Shown here: positions 62,757 through 64,000 of the stretch, in pieces | Numbering within the stretch: the stretch's first letter is position 1 | Layout: each line of letters opens with the position of its first letter | Assembly (NCBI GenBank): GCA_049840735.1 | Contig: JASGJN010000022.1 | Location: forward strand, 864,001 to 928,000 | From: Anaeromyxobacter sp. | Lineage (GTDB): Bacteria > Myxococcota > Myxococcia > Myxococcales > Anaeromyxobacteraceae | DNA: 64,000 nucleotides | Direction of reading: 5' to 3' | Position numbers and translations under genes: made by a program | Notes under the pieces: model-generated | Databases searched by the model: none | Told to the model about the DNA's origin: nothing | The model's input: only the letters and a program-made list of their open reading frames with translations

Positions 62757-63494
62757 TTACTGGTTCGTGTTTTTGTGCCCGCCGCAACCGCAACCGTGAG
62801 AGCCGCGCTTCTCGTGCCCATCGCCGTGACAGCCGCAACCATGTCCTGCATCGTGTTGGCCGGTCTCGCCGTGACAGCCGCAACCATGTCCTGCATCGTG
62901 TTGGTGGGTCTCGCCGTGACAGCCGCAACCATGTCCGGCATCGTGTTGGTCGGTCTCGCCGTGACAGCCGCAACCATGTCCGGCATCATGTTGTTTGGTC
63001 TCGCCGTGACAGCCGCAACCATGTCCTGCATCGTGTTGGTGGGTCTCGCCGTGACAGCCGCAACCATGTCCGGCATCATGTTGTTTGGTCTCGCCGTGAC
63101 AGCCGCAACCATGTCCGGCGCCATGTTCGTGAGCGTGCTCTTCGTGGTGGTGGTGGCACTCGCAGCTCGGTTCACCTTCGTGAGATTCGAGCTCGGAAAA
63201 GTGGGTGATGACGGCAGCCAAAGCGTTGGCCACGGATTGACCTTCGCCCACGACGGCGATGGTGATCCCGAGTTCCCTGAGGTGACGTTCTGCGCCAGAT
63301 CCAAGGCCAGTGCAGATGAGTACGTCGGCGCCCTTCAGCGACTGCGCCAACGAGCGACAGCAACCGCCCTGGGACGTGATCTGTCGGGTGGTGCGGATCT
63401 CCGACTCTCCGACGTCGAGGAGAAATACGGGAAATTCGTGGCCGAAACGTTGAACGCGTTCAGATTCGGGCTGAGCAGAGATGGCGACGATCAT
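62757..63494 (-). CDS. NifB/NifX-like (FeMo-co binding fold) protein with His/Cys-rich repeat tail
   Basis: IVAIS...RFG...DVLICTGLGSGA...LGI; tail of GHGCGCHG repeats. Confidence 0.8.
   Translation of the reverse strand: MIVAISAQPESERVQRFGHEFPVFLLDVGESEIRTTRQITSQGGCCRSLAQSLKGADVLICTGLGSGAERHLRELGITIAVVGEGQSVANALAAVITHFSELESHEGEPSCECHHHHEEHAHEHGAGHGCGCHGETKQHDAGHGCGCHGETHQHDAGHGCGCHGETKQHDAGHGCGCHGETDQHDAGHGCGCHGETHQHDAGHGCGCHGETGQHDAGHGCGCHGDGHEKRGSHGCGCGGHKNTNQ
62822..63125 (-). repeat. coding 45-bp tandem repeat encoding HDAGHGCGCHGETxQ
   Basis: Seven GHGCGCHG units at 15-aa period. Confidence 0.92.
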
Positions 63495-63635
63495 GGGGCC
63501 TCTGGGGGCCAGAGTATTGAGCATATGCTCAATACTCGCAACGAATCGTTGCTTCACCGCTCCGGTTTCCTCGCCCCAACTGTGTCGGTCTGAGGGCCCG
63601 CCCGTTGGGCGGGCCAGACGGTTCTACGCTTGGAC

Positions 63636-64000
63636 TTACCGATTCACGTTACTCATGTCCGGGTAGCGGTCGCCGACGACCAGACCCAACGGAAGCACCT
63701 GATCGATGCGAGCGAGTTCCTCGGGCGTGAGCGAGACCTTGGTCGCGTCGACGTTTTGTTCGAGATAGGAACGCCGTTTCGTTCCTGGAATGGGCACGAT
63801 GTCGCTGCCCTGAGCGAGAACCCACGCCAAGGCGAATTCCGCCGCGGAGATCCCTCGAGCATTGGCCATGGTCTTGACTCGTTCGACGAGTTCGAGATTT
63901 TGGGCGAAGTTTTCCCCTTGAAACCTCGGGAACAGACGTCGACGGTCGTCTGCTGGCAGGTCCTCGGGTTTCTTGATGGCCCCGCTGAGGAAACCGCGTC
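63636..64000 (-). CDS. aldo/keto reductase, C-terminal part; 5' end outside window
   Basis: [44 protein letters not shown]. Confidence 0.9.
   Translation of the reverse strand, partial: RGFLSGAIKKPEDLPADDRRRLFPRFQGENFAQNLELVERVKTMANARGISAAEFALAWVLAQGSDIVPIPGTKRRSYLEQNVDATKVSLTPEELARIDQVLPLGLVVGDRYPDMSNVNR

Noticed and set aside
62757..63494. Nitrogen fixation locus
   Set aside because: NifX-fold proteins are common in non-diazotrophs and no nifHDK/nifEN genes are present

Overview
GC-rich bacterial chromosome segment whose gene content (many Gly/Ser/Thr-linker lipoproteins, a MYXO-CTERM-like tail, FHA and DUF4388/roadblock proteins) points to a myxobacterium, probably Polyangiales/Sorangium-like (inference). 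Left to right: (i) the right end of a biosynthetic cluster, truncated at the window edge, encoding KS, a Cys-less CLF-like KS, a cobalamin radical SAM enzyme, a carrier protein, a stand-alone adenylation enzyme with a proline-type code, a KAS III-like acyltransferase and FabI; (ii) a chemosensory locus with an intact cheB, a CheR fused to a degenerate CheD-like domain and a second, catalytically degenerate cheB; (iii) scattered lipoprotein-anchored plant-polysaccharide enzymes (2x PL11, 2x GH11, PL42/GH145-like) and a large modular metalloprotease, with an unannotated Cys-rich CBM64-like C-terminal domain shared by two proteins; (iv) housekeeping/accessory genes (yceI, ybgC, rsmG, ygiQ, aas-like, SF2 helicase, CI/LexA-like regulator, NifX-like protein with a His/Cys repeat tail). 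Five non-coding GC-rich tandem arrays lie just downstream of gene 3' ends; none is a CRISPR. Nine single-base frameshifts interrupt eight otherwise intact genes; four are repaired by changing GAATC/GATTC to GATC, suggesting read errors at a modified GATC motif rather than true pseudogenes. No tRNA, rRNA, transposase or integrase was recognised. All family calls are by eye from motifs; no database search was run.
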